From IMG/VR virus record IMGVR_UViG_3300033066_002255: 64,000 nucleotides of DNA, one strand, 5' to 3'. The notes beneath the pieces were generated by a model that worked only from the letters and a program-made list of their open reading frames with translations, was not told the origin of the DNA and did not search any database. How positions within the stretch are numbered: position 1 is the first letter of the stretch; every line of letters starts with the position of its first letter. Positions 1 to 11,103 of this stretch are shown here, one piece after another. This DNA is from a virus (lineage: Duplodnaviria > Caudoviricetes). The translations under genes were made by a program, and so were the position numbers.

Positions 1-33
1 ACTTTTTTCAGCATATATTCTCAATTTTCCCAT
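1..33 (-). CDS. 5' end of a late (probably structural) gene running off the left edge, MGKLRIYAEKS...
   Basis: ATG at 33 on the minus strand, open to position 1, with a TATTTATA motif at 47-54 (-) upstream. Confidence 0.6.
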   Translation of the reverse strand, partial: MGKLRIYAEKS

Positions 34-109
34 TACAAATTTTTATTATAAATAGGTTGTGATATTATTTTTTTGCCATAAACAAGGCTCTTTATTTTTT
101 TTGGTGCTC

Positions 110-117
110 TATTTATA
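110..117 (+). promoter_or_regulatory. Late-promoter-like TATTTAT(A/T) motif (representative of about 22 copies)
   Basis: Also at 47(-), 8088, 11082, 12854(-), 16923(-), 17023, 19107, 21347, 27756(-), 31506, 32691, 34584, 35394, 37349, 40515, 41044, 42370, 45461, 52155(-), 61754(-), 61817; each just upstream of a start on the same strand. Confidence 0.75.
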
Positions 118-134
118 TTTTAAAGATATTAATT

Positions 135-521
135 ATGGCTATAGGTATAAAATTTCCATTTCAAGAAAGTTTTGAGGGGGGTGTTTATAGATTTACAAAA
201 ACTACTCCTGAAAAAGTCAGGACTAACCTCATTGCTTTGCTTACTCTAAAAAGAAAACAAAGACCAATGAGAAATAACTTATATTCTCCTCTGTGGGATT
301 ATATTTTTGAACCATGGGATGAAATTAGTGCAGATAAACTTAAAGGTGCATTATTAGAGAAAATAGAAATGTTTATGCCAGAAATTACTGTTGAAGATAT
401 TGTTTTTAACTTTGATGAAAGCACAAGCGTTCTTACTACTAAAGTTATATACTCAATAATAGAATTAGCTGGAGCAACTGATTTTATTGAAATAGATGTT
501 CAAATTCAAAACGAAGATTAA
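135..521 (+). CDS. Baseplate wedge subunit, gp25/GpW-like
   Basis: IGIKFPF...NLIALLTLKRKQRPM...LWDYIFEP...FMPEI pattern; 128 aa; directly upstream of a gp6-like gene. Confidence 0.85.
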   Translation: MAIGIKFPFQESFEGGVYRFTKTTPEKVRTNLIALLTLKRKQRPMRNNLYSPLWDYIFEPWDEISADKLKGALLEKIEMFMPEITVEDIVFNFDESTSVLTTKVIYSIIELAGATDFIEIDVQIQNED

Positions 522-528
522 TTAGAAA

Positions 529-2388
529 ATGCCTACACAAAACATACAAGTAAACTATTTAAGCAGAGATTTCGCTTCAATTAGACAAGATTTAATCAAT
601 TATCTTAGAGCTTTTTTTCCAGAGCAATGGCAAGATTTTAACGTTGCATCGCCAGGTATGGCTCTTTTAGAGTTAAATGCCTATGTGGGAGACCTTTTGT
701 CTTTCGTTGCAGATAAAAAATTTAATGAATTATTTTTAGATGGTATTTCAGAAAGAAAATCTGCATATAGATTAGCTAAAACTTTTGGATATCAAGTGCC
801 TGGTGTAAGACCTTCTCTTACAATTGCTGATATTACAATTGAAGTACCTGTAACTGCCGATGGTCCTGATGCTTCTTATTTACCTATTTTTAGACCTGGA
901 CTTCAATTAAAAGGTGCTGGGCAAGTTTTTGAAACTACTCAAGAAATAGATTTTTCAAGAGACTTTAGTGAAGATGGTAAATCTAATAGAATTATACAGC
1001 CAATTTTAAATGGAAATCAAGACCTTATAAAATATCGTATTATTAAACGTGAAAAAATTAAGGCAGGTGCTACAAAAATTTTTAAGAGAGAAGTTACAGC
1101 CGATGAATCTGGGCCATTTTATCAATTAACATTGCCAGAAACAAATGTATTAGAAATTATGAGTATTATTATTATGCCTTCTTTAGGAATAAGTAGAACT
1201 CCTACATTTCAAGAATTTAATGATTTTAATATGAAATATTGGGAAGTAGATTTTTTACCTACTGATAAAATTTTCATGGCAGATACAACTACTCCAACAA
1301 CTGACGGATTAAGAGTAGGAGCTTATGTAGAAGTTGAAAAAAGATTTATTAAAGAATTTTTAACAGATGGCTCATGTAGAATAACATTTGGAGGAGGAAC
1401 TGGTGATTACAATGCCTACTCAGAGTTTTTTGATAATTTAACAGCAGATAAATGTCCTTCTAATTTAATTGATATATCTAAAATTTTAAACAATACTGCT
1501 TTAGGTGTAACTGTACCACCAAATTCTACTATTTTTGTAAAATACAGAATAGGCGGAGGAACATTAAGTAATGTAGGAGCAAATACGGTCCAAGAAGTAT
1601 CTAACATAGACGCTATTATAAATGGCTCAGATGCTACAATTAATCAAAGAGTTTTAGCATCTACAAGAGCTAACAATCCAGCTCCTGCAATTGGAGGTGT
1701 TGGTCTTCCATCTATAGAAGAAATAAGACATAATATAGCTGCTAATTTTGCATCTCAATTAAGATGTGTTACTTTAGAAGATTATATTTCAAGAGCATAT
1801 CAAATGCCTGGTAAATTTGGAGCTCCTTTTAAAATTCATGGAGAAGTTCAAGATAATAAAGTTAAGCTTTATATATTAACAAGAGCTGGAGACGGAACAT
1901 TAATTGCTAATTCAACAAGTGAAATAAAAAATAATTTAGCAAGTTTTTTAGTTCCATATAGAATGATTAATGATTATATTGAAATAAATGATGGTAAAGT
2001 AGTCAATCTTCAAATTGAGGCAGATTTATTTGTAAATAAAGATTATAATGTTAATGAGATAAAATCTAATGCAATAAGTGTAATTAATGATTTTTTAAGT
2101 ATAGATAGATGGGAAATGAATCAAAATATTTATGTTTCTCAAATTACAGATAAATTAAGAGATGTTCCTGGAGTAATAAATGTTGTTGAAATTAGATTTT
2201 ACAACATGGAAGCTGGAGGGTATTCTAATACTCTTATTTCTCAAGCAACTGGAGTAAGAAATATAATACCTGAAACAGGAGGTTTTAGAACTCAAATAGA
2301 TTATATAGATAATACAATTTTTGGAACTCCACTATCTATGTTTGAAGTAAAATACCCAGCTAAAGATGTGAAAATTAGAGTTGCATAA
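529..2388 (+). CDS. Baseplate wedge subunit, T4 gp6/baseplate J-like
   Basis: YLSRDFASIRQDLINY, LAKTFGY, YRIGGG...NVGAN and QLRCVTLEDY motifs. Confidence 0.9.
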   Translation: MPTQNIQVNYLSRDFASIRQDLINYLRAFFPEQWQDFNVASPGMALLELNAYVGDLLSFVADKKFNELFLDGISERKSAYRLAKTFGYQVPGVRPSLTIADITIEVPVTADGPDASYLPIFRPGLQLKGAGQVFETTQEIDFSRDFSEDGKSNRIIQPILNGNQDLIKYRIIKREKIKAGATKIFKREVTADESGPFYQLTLPETNVLEIMSIIIMPSLGISRTPTFQEFNDFNMKYWEVDFLPTDKIFMADTTTPTTDGLRVGAYVEVEKRFIKEFLTDGSCRITFGGGTGDYNAYSEFFDNLTADKCPSNLIDISKILNNTALGVTVPPNSTIFVKYRIGGGTLSNVGANTVQEVSNIDAIINGSDATINQRVLASTRANNPAPAIGGVGLPSIEEIRHNIAANFASQLRCVTLEDYISRAYQMPGKFGAPFKIHGEVQDNKVKLYILTRAGDGTLIANSTSEIKNNLASFLVPYRMINDYIEINDGKVVNLQIEADLFVNKDYNVNEIKSNAISVINDFLSIDRWEMNQNIYVSQITDKLRDVPGVINVVEIRFYNMEAGGYSNTLISQATGVRNIIPETGGFRTQIDYIDNTIFGTPLSMFEVKYPAKDVKIRVA

Positions 2389-2417
2389 AATGAAAAATTT
2401 TATTTTAAAAAATAAAA

Positions 2418-5279
2418 ATGATAAGAGAAGAAATATTATTAAAAAAATCAAGAACTGGTACAACTGCATTTTATTTTGTTCCTAATATAACATTAGAGCA
2501 AGTTCCTTTTTTGGAGGAGCCTGCTTATATAACATTTGATGTTATGAATGTTCCAAATGGATATTTTAAATATGCGAGTGGAACAACAGAACTTTGGTCT
2601 TTACAATCTTCTAATTCTTATCTTAGCAATATTATATTATCTTCAATTACAAATAATATTTTAACAGGCTTTAGTAAGACTGAAACTTTTAATAAAATTC
2701 TCTCTACAACTGAGAAACAAACTATACAATCAAGATTTAATAATAATGTAACGAGTACTATTACAGCACAAACTCAAGTTGCTGTAAATCATCCAACTTA
2801 TGTTTTTTTTAAAGAAGAAGAAGTAGATGATTTATTTGCAAACATTAAACTTACAAGAACTTTTGATACACTAAATACTCTTCAAATTTACAACAAGCCT
2901 ATAAATACTATTGCTCAACAAGAAGCAAAAACAGGTGTTTTATTTGGAAAATTACAAGCTATACAAACAATAAAAGATGAAGTCGGTAATAACATAAAAA
3001 TCCCTTTAAGAAATGTTCCTATAGGAATTTTTAATCCTACAGAAGAATTTAATGCTCCAATGTCTTTAGATGAAAACGGAGATAGATTTTTTATGAATAT
3101 AAAAGAAAATTCAGTAACAAATCAATACTTTGACAACGAAGCATATTTAGAAGATGGTAAATTTTTAAAATCTCAATCTCAATTTTTATCTTTACCAGAT
3201 AAATTTAAATATATTACAACAACAAATGAAAATGGAGAATTTGTAATATACGATGCTCCATTAGGAAGTCAAACACTTGTATTTGAAGTTGATTTATTCA
3301 AGCAGGGACTTTCAAAAGATGAAATTATTTTAAATAATTTCCCTTTTCCAACAAATGATGATTCAAACATTGGAGAGTTTCCTTGTTATGTTTACAAGCA
3401 AATACCTGTTGATGTTATTCCTGCTTGGGGAAATGGACAGAGTGGTTATACTGAAGTTAATATTAATGCAAATATTGATTTAAGGAAATGGACTACATAT
3501 ATTTTTGCGCCAGCAGCATATGCAGACGAAAAACTAGAAACCACAGTTGCAAAGAATGTTGCAAATACATTCAAAATACAAATTAGAGATATGACCAATA
3601 AAAAATTTGGCGTAAAATCTTTAGAAGTTACACAAATTCCAAATGATTTAGATAGGTCTAGTGGAGCACAGTTTTTTTGGTTTAATGAATTACTTTTACA
3701 AAGACAACAATTAGAATTTGCAAAATTTGGTTGTCATGTTTTAAAACTTCCTGCTAATTTATATGACCCAAATGGTTATAAGACAGACAGAAATGGAAGT
3801 CCAACATCAAGTAAAGGAGTTTGGTTATCTGCTTATCAATTTAGAACTTTTGTAAACATAGAAAGATGCTATAGAGATACAGGGGCTTTTTTAGATGACT
3901 CTAATAATTTCTTCAGTCATTTTGGTATTAATCATGTATCAAATGCTGGAGCATCAGATACTGCAGAACTTGTAGGCTTAGGTAGATTTCCTTATGAGAA
4001 ACCTTGGACAATAAACTATCCTGAACCTTATAAAATAACTAAAAAACCCTTACAAAAAAGGTTTGATTATGGTAATGATAGATTTTATAAAAATCCTTAT
4101 ATAGTTGAAGAGCCAGCTTATCTTGATGGAGATTTAGTAGGTAATGTAGTAGACCCAACTCCAGACGCAATAGGAAATGAGGGAGGCTTTGGAGGACAAG
4201 CTTTTGGTGGCTTCTTTCCTAATCAAATTGCATATGTTGCAACAAGAGATTATATGTATAAATATGAAAAAGGAGTTAATTATAAAGAAACATATGCAAA
4301 TGGTTATGAACCTTATTGGAGTCAAAATAATTTAGGACCATATACTTCTAAGCCAGTATTGGCAGGTTTATCTTCAGTTAACAATGGAGAAAAATACCAA
4401 AGGCTTGAATGTGGGTATGGTTATTTTATGAAATATCAAGATTGGCCAAGAGTTTTTAGAGTAGATTGGTCTGCAGATATTTATTTTTATCCAGATGCAG
4501 GAAGTGGACAGGGAGTATCTTCTCCAGGAAATTATTTTGGTAATTTTGATTCATTAAGATATTGGACACATAATACCTATAATTTAGATGACCAAAATTA
4601 TGCATTTGGTTTTAATCAATTTAAAGATAACAATACTAACAAAGGTAATATAGACATATACAGAATTGTAAATTCTGGATTAGATGGAATTAAGATACCT
4701 AAAAACTTTTTAATTCCTACTTTCATAAGAGTTAATTATGGTGGTTATGCTGATAGATTATATAGATTAGACTTATATAATAGAGGCGTAATAGATGCTA
4801 AATTAAGAAATGATTTTAATTCTGGAACAGTTGTAATGGTTACAAATCCAAGTGGAGGAACACTTTACTTTAACGTAGGACAAACTTTTACCTTGAATCC
4901 TAATGGTAGTTTTCACGTTTTAAATACAATAGGAACTGAAACAGGAACTGACCAAATTTTAGCAAGAGAAGTACAATTTACAGGAATGATTTTTCCAGGA
5001 AATGATGGTTTTAATTCTTCAACTAATAAATACGAATCAGCTGTCTATGAATTTAATGTAAATCTTGGAGGTCCTCTCTCAAGTGCTGGAGGAAATATTG
5101 ATAATGCTGGAAATTGGAATTATACTTTTTCTGTTAATGCTACAGTAGATACTCCTGAATGGTTTATAAATTCAAGTTCAGAAGGAGGAAGTAGCGGATA
5201 TGATTATCAAGGATTTAGTACATTTGGTCATTCAGATAAACCAATGTATGCTGTTTATTTCGAAGACCATGCAAGATAA
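2418..5279 (+). CDS. Large virion structural protein (tail/baseplate associated)
   Basis: 953 aa inside the baseplate operon; TTNENGEFVIYDAPLG resembles a carboxypeptidase-regulatory-like beta-sandwich. Confidence 0.6.
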   Translation: MIREEILLKKSRTGTTAFYFVPNITLEQVPFLEEPAYITFDVMNVPNGYFKYASGTTELWSLQSSNSYLSNIILSSITNNILTGFSKTETFNKILSTTEKQTIQSRFNNNVTSTITAQTQVAVNHPTYVFFKEEEVDDLFANIKLTRTFDTLNTLQIYNKPINTIAQQEAKTGVLFGKLQAIQTIKDEVGNNIKIPLRNVPIGIFNPTEEFNAPMSLDENGDRFFMNIKENSVTNQYFDNEAYLEDGKFLKSQSQFLSLPDKFKYITTTNENGEFVIYDAPLGSQTLVFEVDLFKQGLSKDEIILNNFPFPTNDDSNIGEFPCYVYKQIPVDVIPAWGNGQSGYTEVNINANIDLRKWTTYIFAPAAYADEKLETTVAKNVANTFKIQIRDMTNKKFGVKSLEVTQIPNDLDRSSGAQFFWFNELLLQRQQLEFAKFGCHVLKLPANLYDPNGYKTDRNGSPTSSKGVWLSAYQFRTFVNIERCYRDTGAFLDDSNNFFSHFGINHVSNAGASDTAELVGLGRFPYEKPWTINYPEPYKITKKPLQKRFDYGNDRFYKNPYIVEEPAYLDGDLVGNVVDPTPDAIGNEGGFGGQAFGGFFPNQIAYVATRDYMYKYEKGVNYKETYANGYEPYWSQNNLGPYTSKPVLAGLSSVNNGEKYQRLECGYGYFMKYQDWPRVFRVDWSADIYFYPDAGSGQGVSSPGNYFGNFDSLRYWTHNTYNLDDQNYAFGFNQFKDNNTNKGNIDIYRIVNSGLDGIKIPKNFLIPTFIRVNYGGYADRLYRLDLYNRGVIDAKLRNDFNSGTVVMVTNPSGGTLYFNVGQTFTLNPNGSFHVLNTIGTETGTDQILAREVQFTGMIFPGNDGFNSSTNKYESAVYEFNVNLGGPLSSAGGNIDNAGNWNYTFSVNATVDTPEWFINSSSEGGSSGYDYQGFSTFGHSDKPMYAVYFEDHAR

Positions 5280-5284
5280 AAAAT

Positions 5285-8074
5285 ATGGATATTAAAAAGA
5301 AAATATTATTAGGAGACAAAGATATTATTTCAAAAGATAATGAAGACTTATTTATTAATTTAAATTTAAGTTCCTCATTTAATGATGTTATAAATGATAA
5401 ATTTGAAAATATATTTGATGTAGATAAACAATTTAAAAAGGAAAGAAATAGTTCTAAAAATTTCAAAATTTATGGTACTATTGATTCTACTGTAACAGAT
5501 TGTGATAACTTATTATTAGAGGTTTTTTCAACATCTGGAATTGCTGGATTGACTAATTTAATAACAACTATTAGTTCTACAACTCTTGTATATGAAGAGA
5601 AAAATGTATATGGTAAAAAAAGAGGTAAATTTATTATAGACTTACAAAATTATAACAATGATTTTGTATTCATAAAAATCCCTTCTAATGATTTAAATTA
5701 TAAAGACCAGATATATACACAACAATTAATTTTCAAAGATTCAGAAGGTAATTTTGTAGAATATGGAACACAGACCATAGATATAGATAATAATGGAAAT
5801 ACAATTGAAATAAGTAATGATTTTTATTTTATGTTTAATAAACATTGGATTAAAAAATCTCTACTTATAATAGAAGAAAAACCTGCTAAGGTATTTATAA
5901 ATTCACTTGATGATTTTACAAATACAAATGAATTTAATGTTCTTGCAGATAGAGTTGGCATAGAAATATCTCTTGATAAACCAAGCCCATTTGGACTTGA
6001 AAAAGTTGACTTAACAGTTGTGACTTCAACACTAGATGGAAGTGAAATAACAATTGTAGATGCTGGCAATACAGTTTTACCCTTACCTTATACATTATCT
6101 TTTTCAATTGGAGAACAAAATAAACAATTATTCTTTTACTCTCCAACTGATAATGTACAAGAATTTATTGAGAACGTAGTTTTAGGATTAGATAATTTTA
6201 TCAATGTAAGTACAGGGTCTCCTCTGCAACACACTGTTTTTGTAGCAGATACTACTGCTAGAAATAAAGTAAAATTAAATTTTCAAGATGTTTATCAAAA
6301 TAGAAATTACTTTACTGGAAGAGTATATGAGCAAAGTTCAACTTTAAGATATTCTTTTGGTATGCCAGCAGTACTTAGAAATGGTTTATTTTTTGAAGGA
6401 ACTCCGATGGAGTTTTATCCTTCTGATAATTATGTTTTAAAAATAAAAAATGTTGGTATTAATACAATTTTACCAATTAATATAAACTTAGGAATTACCG
6501 AGGAAAAGTTATTCTTAGCTAATGATGAATTTACTTTTAATATTACACAAGAATATACAAACACTCAAAAACACTCTATAAAATTAACTTTTAAAGATTT
6601 AAATTTACCAGCGACTAATGTTGTTAATTATTATTCTTATCAAGATGGTTTTAAAATAAATGGAATTCCCTTAGTAAAATATGGCTATAATTTTCCTATA
6701 AATTATAGTTTTTTTTTAGCTTTATTAACAAAAACTAATCCTCCATCTATAGTTAGTCCAATAGATGGTTGGTCTTACGTAAATTTCGAAACTCCTTTTA
6801 CTGTCACAGCAGATGCGGCAAATTTAGCAATTACTATTACTGCTAAAAATCCAGGAACAAGATTAGATTTAAGTTCATATGGTTCAATGCCTGATTTATT
6901 TAATGTAGATAGCGTTTTATTTGATAGTATTGGCGTAAAAGCAGAAGTTGTAGATAGTTTTGTATACGGCACTCAAAAACCTCTTGAAATTGAGTTAGGT
7001 GCTAATTTCAATAATAATTTAGAAGCTAAATATCAATTTAGAATAGAAAAATTAGGTTATGATACAATGGCATTCATAAATTCGCCAATACCTGCAAGTT
7101 TAAATCCTAATCCTTATTATTTAGTTTCAGGATTAAATACAGTATTGAGAAATTGGAATGATTCTAATTCTGCAGTAACATATACTCATAATAATGTTAC
7201 AAGTAATTGGGGAACAAATGCGTCTGCTACTAATCCTAATTTTGGAAGTTATAAGACAGGAGATGTTTATATAAATGGAATGGTGTTATTATCAAACCAA
7301 TATTTATCTAATACTCTTATCTATTCAAGTAATCCACAAGGTTCTAATGCTTTAAATCAAAGTCATGCAATTAATTCATCTGGTAATTTTTCACACGATT
7401 TTTTACCAGCACCAATTATAGTTATACCAGAAACTACATTAGAGCTTTCTCCTTATGATGTAGCACAATATGGCTATCTCACTATTTTAAAGCCAAATTT
7501 TGGTACTGCATCTTCACCTCCAACTGGAGTTGGAGCAGAAAGAAGTTTTGATTTTAGAACTGGAAATACAAACTCTTATAATACATATTATACAAATGAT
7601 TATTATAATTATGGAGGATTTATGTGGCTTTCTTCTTCTTCTTTCTATTCTTTTGGAGGTACAATTTCATCTACCAATTCAATTACAGCGCCAAAAGCAC
7701 TAAAAACTCTTTTAGAAACTGGTCAATCATCTCCTTTTATTTCAGCTCAAGGATTAACTGGCGTAGGAGCTTCTCTTCCTGCTGCTTATTATAATGAATT
7801 TAGTTTATTATATTCTTCAACAGGACAAATTAATCAACAGCATGTAGAAGGAGCAAATACTTTGAGTGTTATCAGATTAGAGTCACAAACTCCAGGTATT
7901 CCTTTTGAAATTAACAATATCAAAGAAATGAAATATATATCTGGACCAAATATTGGACAAGATTATACAAAAGGTTCAATTTTTTATATAGAAGCTCGTC
8001 CAAATCAAACTGCTGGATTAACTATTAATTTAGCCAATAATAAAATGGGTGGTTTTTCAGTAACTCATCCATAA
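5285..8074 (+). CDS. Structural protein with a Calx-beta-like domain
   Basis: ISLDKPS...LPYTLSFSIGEQNKQL...DNVQEFIENVVLGL; N/S/T-rich beta-type composition. Confidence 0.6.
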   Translation: MDIKKKILLGDKDIISKDNEDLFINLNLSSSFNDVINDKFENIFDVDKQFKKERNSSKNFKIYGTIDSTVTDCDNLLLEVFSTSGIAGLTNLITTISSTTLVYEEKNVYGKKRGKFIIDLQNYNNDFVFIKIPSNDLNYKDQIYTQQLIFKDSEGNFVEYGTQTIDIDNNGNTIEISNDFYFMFNKHWIKKSLLIIEEKPAKVFINSLDDFTNTNEFNVLADRVGIEISLDKPSPFGLEKVDLTVVTSTLDGSEITIVDAGNTVLPLPYTLSFSIGEQNKQLFFYSPTDNVQEFIENVVLGLDNFINVSTGSPLQHTVFVADTTARNKVKLNFQDVYQNRNYFTGRVYEQSSTLRYSFGMPAVLRNGLFFEGTPMEFYPSDNYVLKIKNVGINTILPININLGITEEKLFLANDEFTFNITQEYTNTQKHSIKLTFKDLNLPATNVVNYYSYQDGFKINGIPLVKYGYNFPINYSFFLALLTKTNPPSIVSPIDGWSYVNFETPFTVTADAANLAITITAKNPGTRLDLSSYGSMPDLFNVDSVLFDSIGVKAEVVDSFVYGTQKPLEIELGANFNNNLEAKYQFRIEKLGYDTMAFINSPIPASLNPNPYYLVSGLNTVLRNWNDSNSAVTYTHNNVTSNWGTNASATNPNFGSYKTGDVYINGMVLLSNQYLSNTLIYSSNPQGSNALNQSHAINSSGNFSHDFLPAPIIVIPETTLELSPYDVAQYGYLTILKPNFGTASSPPTGVGAERSFDFRTGNTNSYNTYYTNDYYNYGGFMWLSSSSFYSFGGTISSTNSITAPKALKTLLETGQSSPFISAQGLTGVGASLPAAYYNEFSLLYSSTGQINQQHVEGANTLSVIRLESQTPGIPFEINNIKEMKYISGPNIGQDYTKGSIFYIEARPNQTAGLTINLANNKMGGFSVTHP

Positions 8075-8098
8075 AATTAATTATTAATATTTATTAAA

Positions 8099-8620
8099 AT
8101 GGAAGAAAATAGTAAAAATAAAATCACATTATTTGTAAAAACAGGATTTGATTCTGGTTCTACTCTTGGTTATGGATTTATTCATGAAGGTCCAATTAGA
8201 ACTTTGGAAGCTCTTCCGCAAAATGATTTTTTTATTCCTTTATTTTTAACGTCTACGAACTCTTATTATGACTATGTAAATATCACTCATGATGATACTA
8301 TATTCAAAATGGAGAGACAAGAGTTCAATCCATTTTTTATAGAATTTGGTTTCTTTGATGGAATAAAAAGAAATAAAGTAAATAATGGAGAAGACCTTAC
8401 TGCTATAATGATAAATTACATTAGATTAGTAAGGCCTGATATATCTAATTTTACAAATATAGAAGTAAAAAAATGGTTTGATGAAATTGGAAAATATGAA
8501 TTACCTTGGAACAAAGGAGAATCAAACGAAACTAATCTTGATGACCTCGATAAGATTTCTTTACTAATGCAAAATATAATATCAAAAGCAAACTTTTTAG
8601 ATATTAATATAAATAAATAA
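8099..8620 (+). CDS. Hypothetical protein in the tail module
   Basis: 173-aa ORF preceded by TATTTATT. Confidence 0.6.
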   Translation: MEENSKNKITLFVKTGFDSGSTLGYGFIHEGPIRTLEALPQNDFFIPLFLTSTNSYYDYVNITHDDTIFKMERQEFNPFFIEFGFFDGIKRNKVNNGEDLTAIMINYIRLVRPDISNFTNIEVKKWFDEIGKYELPWNKGESNETNLDDLDKISLLMQNIISKANFLDININK

Positions 8621-8621
8621 A

Positions 8622-11066
8622 ATGAATAACTTACAATTATTATTAAATAAAAGATTTACAGCAAGCACTCAAAATATTACTTCTAATTTAGAAGTAATTA
8701 ATAATTACTATGCCTATATAAATAGTAATGGAGGCGGCATAGTGAATCCTTATAATGTAAGAGGATATTTAAATGACCCAAACAATCAAACAATAACAAT
8801 AGATTTTTTTGCTTATTTAACTGGAAGTACAACTCAAGAACAAGCTTTAAATATTTTATCTTCCGATAAAAAACTTTCAGAAGTATTTAATAGTTATTAC
8901 CAAAATTTTATAGTATCTGCAAATACTATTTCAAGCACATCAATAATACAACAAAATTTAACTGGTACTAATCAAATTATATCTCATGCTTATAATCATC
9001 CATGGTTTGGATATGCAAATCAAAAACAATTAACTGGAATAACACAGGAAATATATGGTAGTATAAATCAAGATATTCAAACTCCATTTATAGAAGATTT
9101 TACTACAGAAGAAAGCTATTATGTTTCAGTTCAAATTGATAGAGGTACAAATCAAATACCAAGAAGTATAATAGAACCTTGTGATGTTTTAATTAATAGT
9201 TCAACTGCAAATTTATACCCTCAATATAGTGCAATTACAAGTCAATATTTTTCAGGTTCAACATCAGGAGATTCTAAAATAAATACACTTTTACAATGCT
9301 TTGTAGATTTAAACTTAGAAACAAATTCTGAAGCAGCTACTCCTGAACCATTGCTAATGCCTTCATTTGAATTATCTTCTTATTTTCCTTTAGAAGGGGA
9401 CACTATTCAAGTTAAGATTTCTTTAAATCAACCAAGTATTTTAGGCATAGAAGAAGTTGATATAAACTTAATTCAATTACCTGGAGGAGCTGTTTTAGGA
9501 GCCGACTTCACTTCTCCGTCTTCTTTCCCTTTAACTTTAAACTGGGCAGTTGGAGAACAAGATAAATTTATAACTTTTAATTTAAGCAATGATTATGAAG
9601 AAGAATTATTAGAGTGGTTTAGATTAGAAATTGCAAATTTAATAAATCTTGACCCTTCTAATAACTTAAGCACAACTATATACATAAGAGATAATACACG
9701 TTTAAATTATATATCACTTACAAGACCTCCGTATACTCCTGATAATTCAGGTGTTACGCATCTTACAACAGACGAAAATAATGATATTGATTTTATCGTA
9801 TCTTTAGACCATCCAGCATTTGGAGTAGAATCTGTAACATTAGAAACTGTTCCTTTCCTTAATACAATAAATGGACAAGTTGGACCTACACCTAATCCTC
9901 TTCTTCAAAGTAATTATGTCTTAACAGAAACAATTTCAGGACAGCCACCTACAATAATTAATTTACCATATACAATTAATTTTGGAGTTGGCGAAACTAG
10001 TAGAGCCTTTTTATTATTTGTAAAAGACAATTCTATTATTGAACCTGATAAAACTGCTTATTTTCAATTAAGTTCAGCAGTAAATAGCAAAATAGACCAA
10101 TCTCAAAAAATGATTGAAATAAAAGCTTTAGATGATGATGGTAAATATAAATTTGTGCATTTAAATCTTGGAACAATTTATAATGAATTTGGAAATAGTA
10201 TTACAAATACTTTAATGAGACAAATAAATCCTCAATCTTCTTTTGGAGGAGGATATCAAAATATGTATGTATCACAATATGCAAATTATTTAATTGAATA
10301 TGGTAGTACTATAAATTTTTTAGATTACAGTTCAAGTAATTCTCAACAAATAAAATTTATAACACCTCATGTAAAAGTCAGAATAACCAACAACGGTTCT
10401 TCTCAATCTCAGGTAAATTATTCATTATTAAATCCTGGAGCATCTATGACTTTTGTGATACCTTCTAATGATTATATAATAACAGCGTCTACTAATAGTA
10501 ACAGAAATAATATTACTCAATTTTTAGAAGATGCTAATTATACAATAGAAATAATTGATAGTTATACTGCTACTTTACAAAGTTTATTGGCGATACCAAA
10601 TTTTAATCCTTTTTCTTTAAGGGCCCTTGATAATACAACTCAAGAAACGACAAATACACTATTGCTTGGTAATTTTTCTTTGCCTGGTTTTTTAGTTAAT
10701 AGTAATGATACTTCAAAAGCTTATAGACTTAAAAGTCATTATAAAGATATTAATACTGGTAGATTAAATAGTACAGATATTTTTGGAGCACCTACTGTTA
10801 GTTGTCCTATAGTAGGCACTTCTTCTAACAATGTTTCCTATAGCGATTTTTATGCAAATAAATTAGAAAATATTTCAATATTTGGTATAATTTTATTAAA
10901 CTACAATCAAAATGTAACCTATAGTAATACTAATAATTTTCAATCGAAATATAATGGCTTTGAGTTTATAGATTATAGTGGTAGCACAATCAATACTTGT
11001 AACAAAACAGCTTCTATATATAATGGCTTAAATTATTACAATTTACCATTTACAGTAGAGCCTTAA
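8622..11066 (+). CDS. Structural protein with two Calx-beta-like domains
   Basis: ISLNQPS...PLTLNWAVGEQDKFITFNLSNDYEEE and VSLDHPA...PYTINFGVGETSRAF..VKDNSIIEPDKT. Confidence 0.65.
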   Translation: MNNLQLLLNKRFTASTQNITSNLEVINNYYAYINSNGGGIVNPYNVRGYLNDPNNQTITIDFFAYLTGSTTQEQALNILSSDKKLSEVFNSYYQNFIVSANTISSTSIIQQNLTGTNQIISHAYNHPWFGYANQKQLTGITQEIYGSINQDIQTPFIEDFTTEESYYVSVQIDRGTNQIPRSIIEPCDVLINSSTANLYPQYSAITSQYFSGSTSGDSKINTLLQCFVDLNLETNSEAATPEPLLMPSFELSSYFPLEGDTIQVKISLNQPSILGIEEVDINLIQLPGGAVLGADFTSPSSFPLTLNWAVGEQDKFITFNLSNDYEEELLEWFRLEIANLINLDPSNNLSTTIYIRDNTRLNYISLTRPPYTPDNSGVTHLTTDENNDIDFIVSLDHPAFGVESVTLETVPFLNTINGQVGPTPNPLLQSNYVLTETISGQPPTIINLPYTINFGVGETSRAFLLFVKDNSIIEPDKTAYFQLSSAVNSKIDQSQKMIEIKALDDDGKYKFVHLNLGTIYNEFGNSITNTLMRQINPQSSFGGGYQNMYVSQYANYLIEYGSTINFLDYSSSNSQQIKFITPHVKVRITNNGSSQSQVNYSLLNPGASMTFVIPSNDYIITASTNSNRNNITQFLEDANYTIEIIDSYTATLQSLLAIPNFNPFSLRALDNTTQETTNTLLLGNFSLPGFLVNSNDTSKAYRLKSHYKDINTGRLNSTDIFGAPTVSCPIVGTSSNNVSYSDFYANKLENISIFGIILLNYNQNVTYSNTNNFQSKYNGFEFIDYSGSTINTCNKTASIYNGLNYYNLPFTVEP

Positions 11067-11103
11067 TTTATTATTTTTAATTATTTATTTAAAAACACAA
11101 AAA

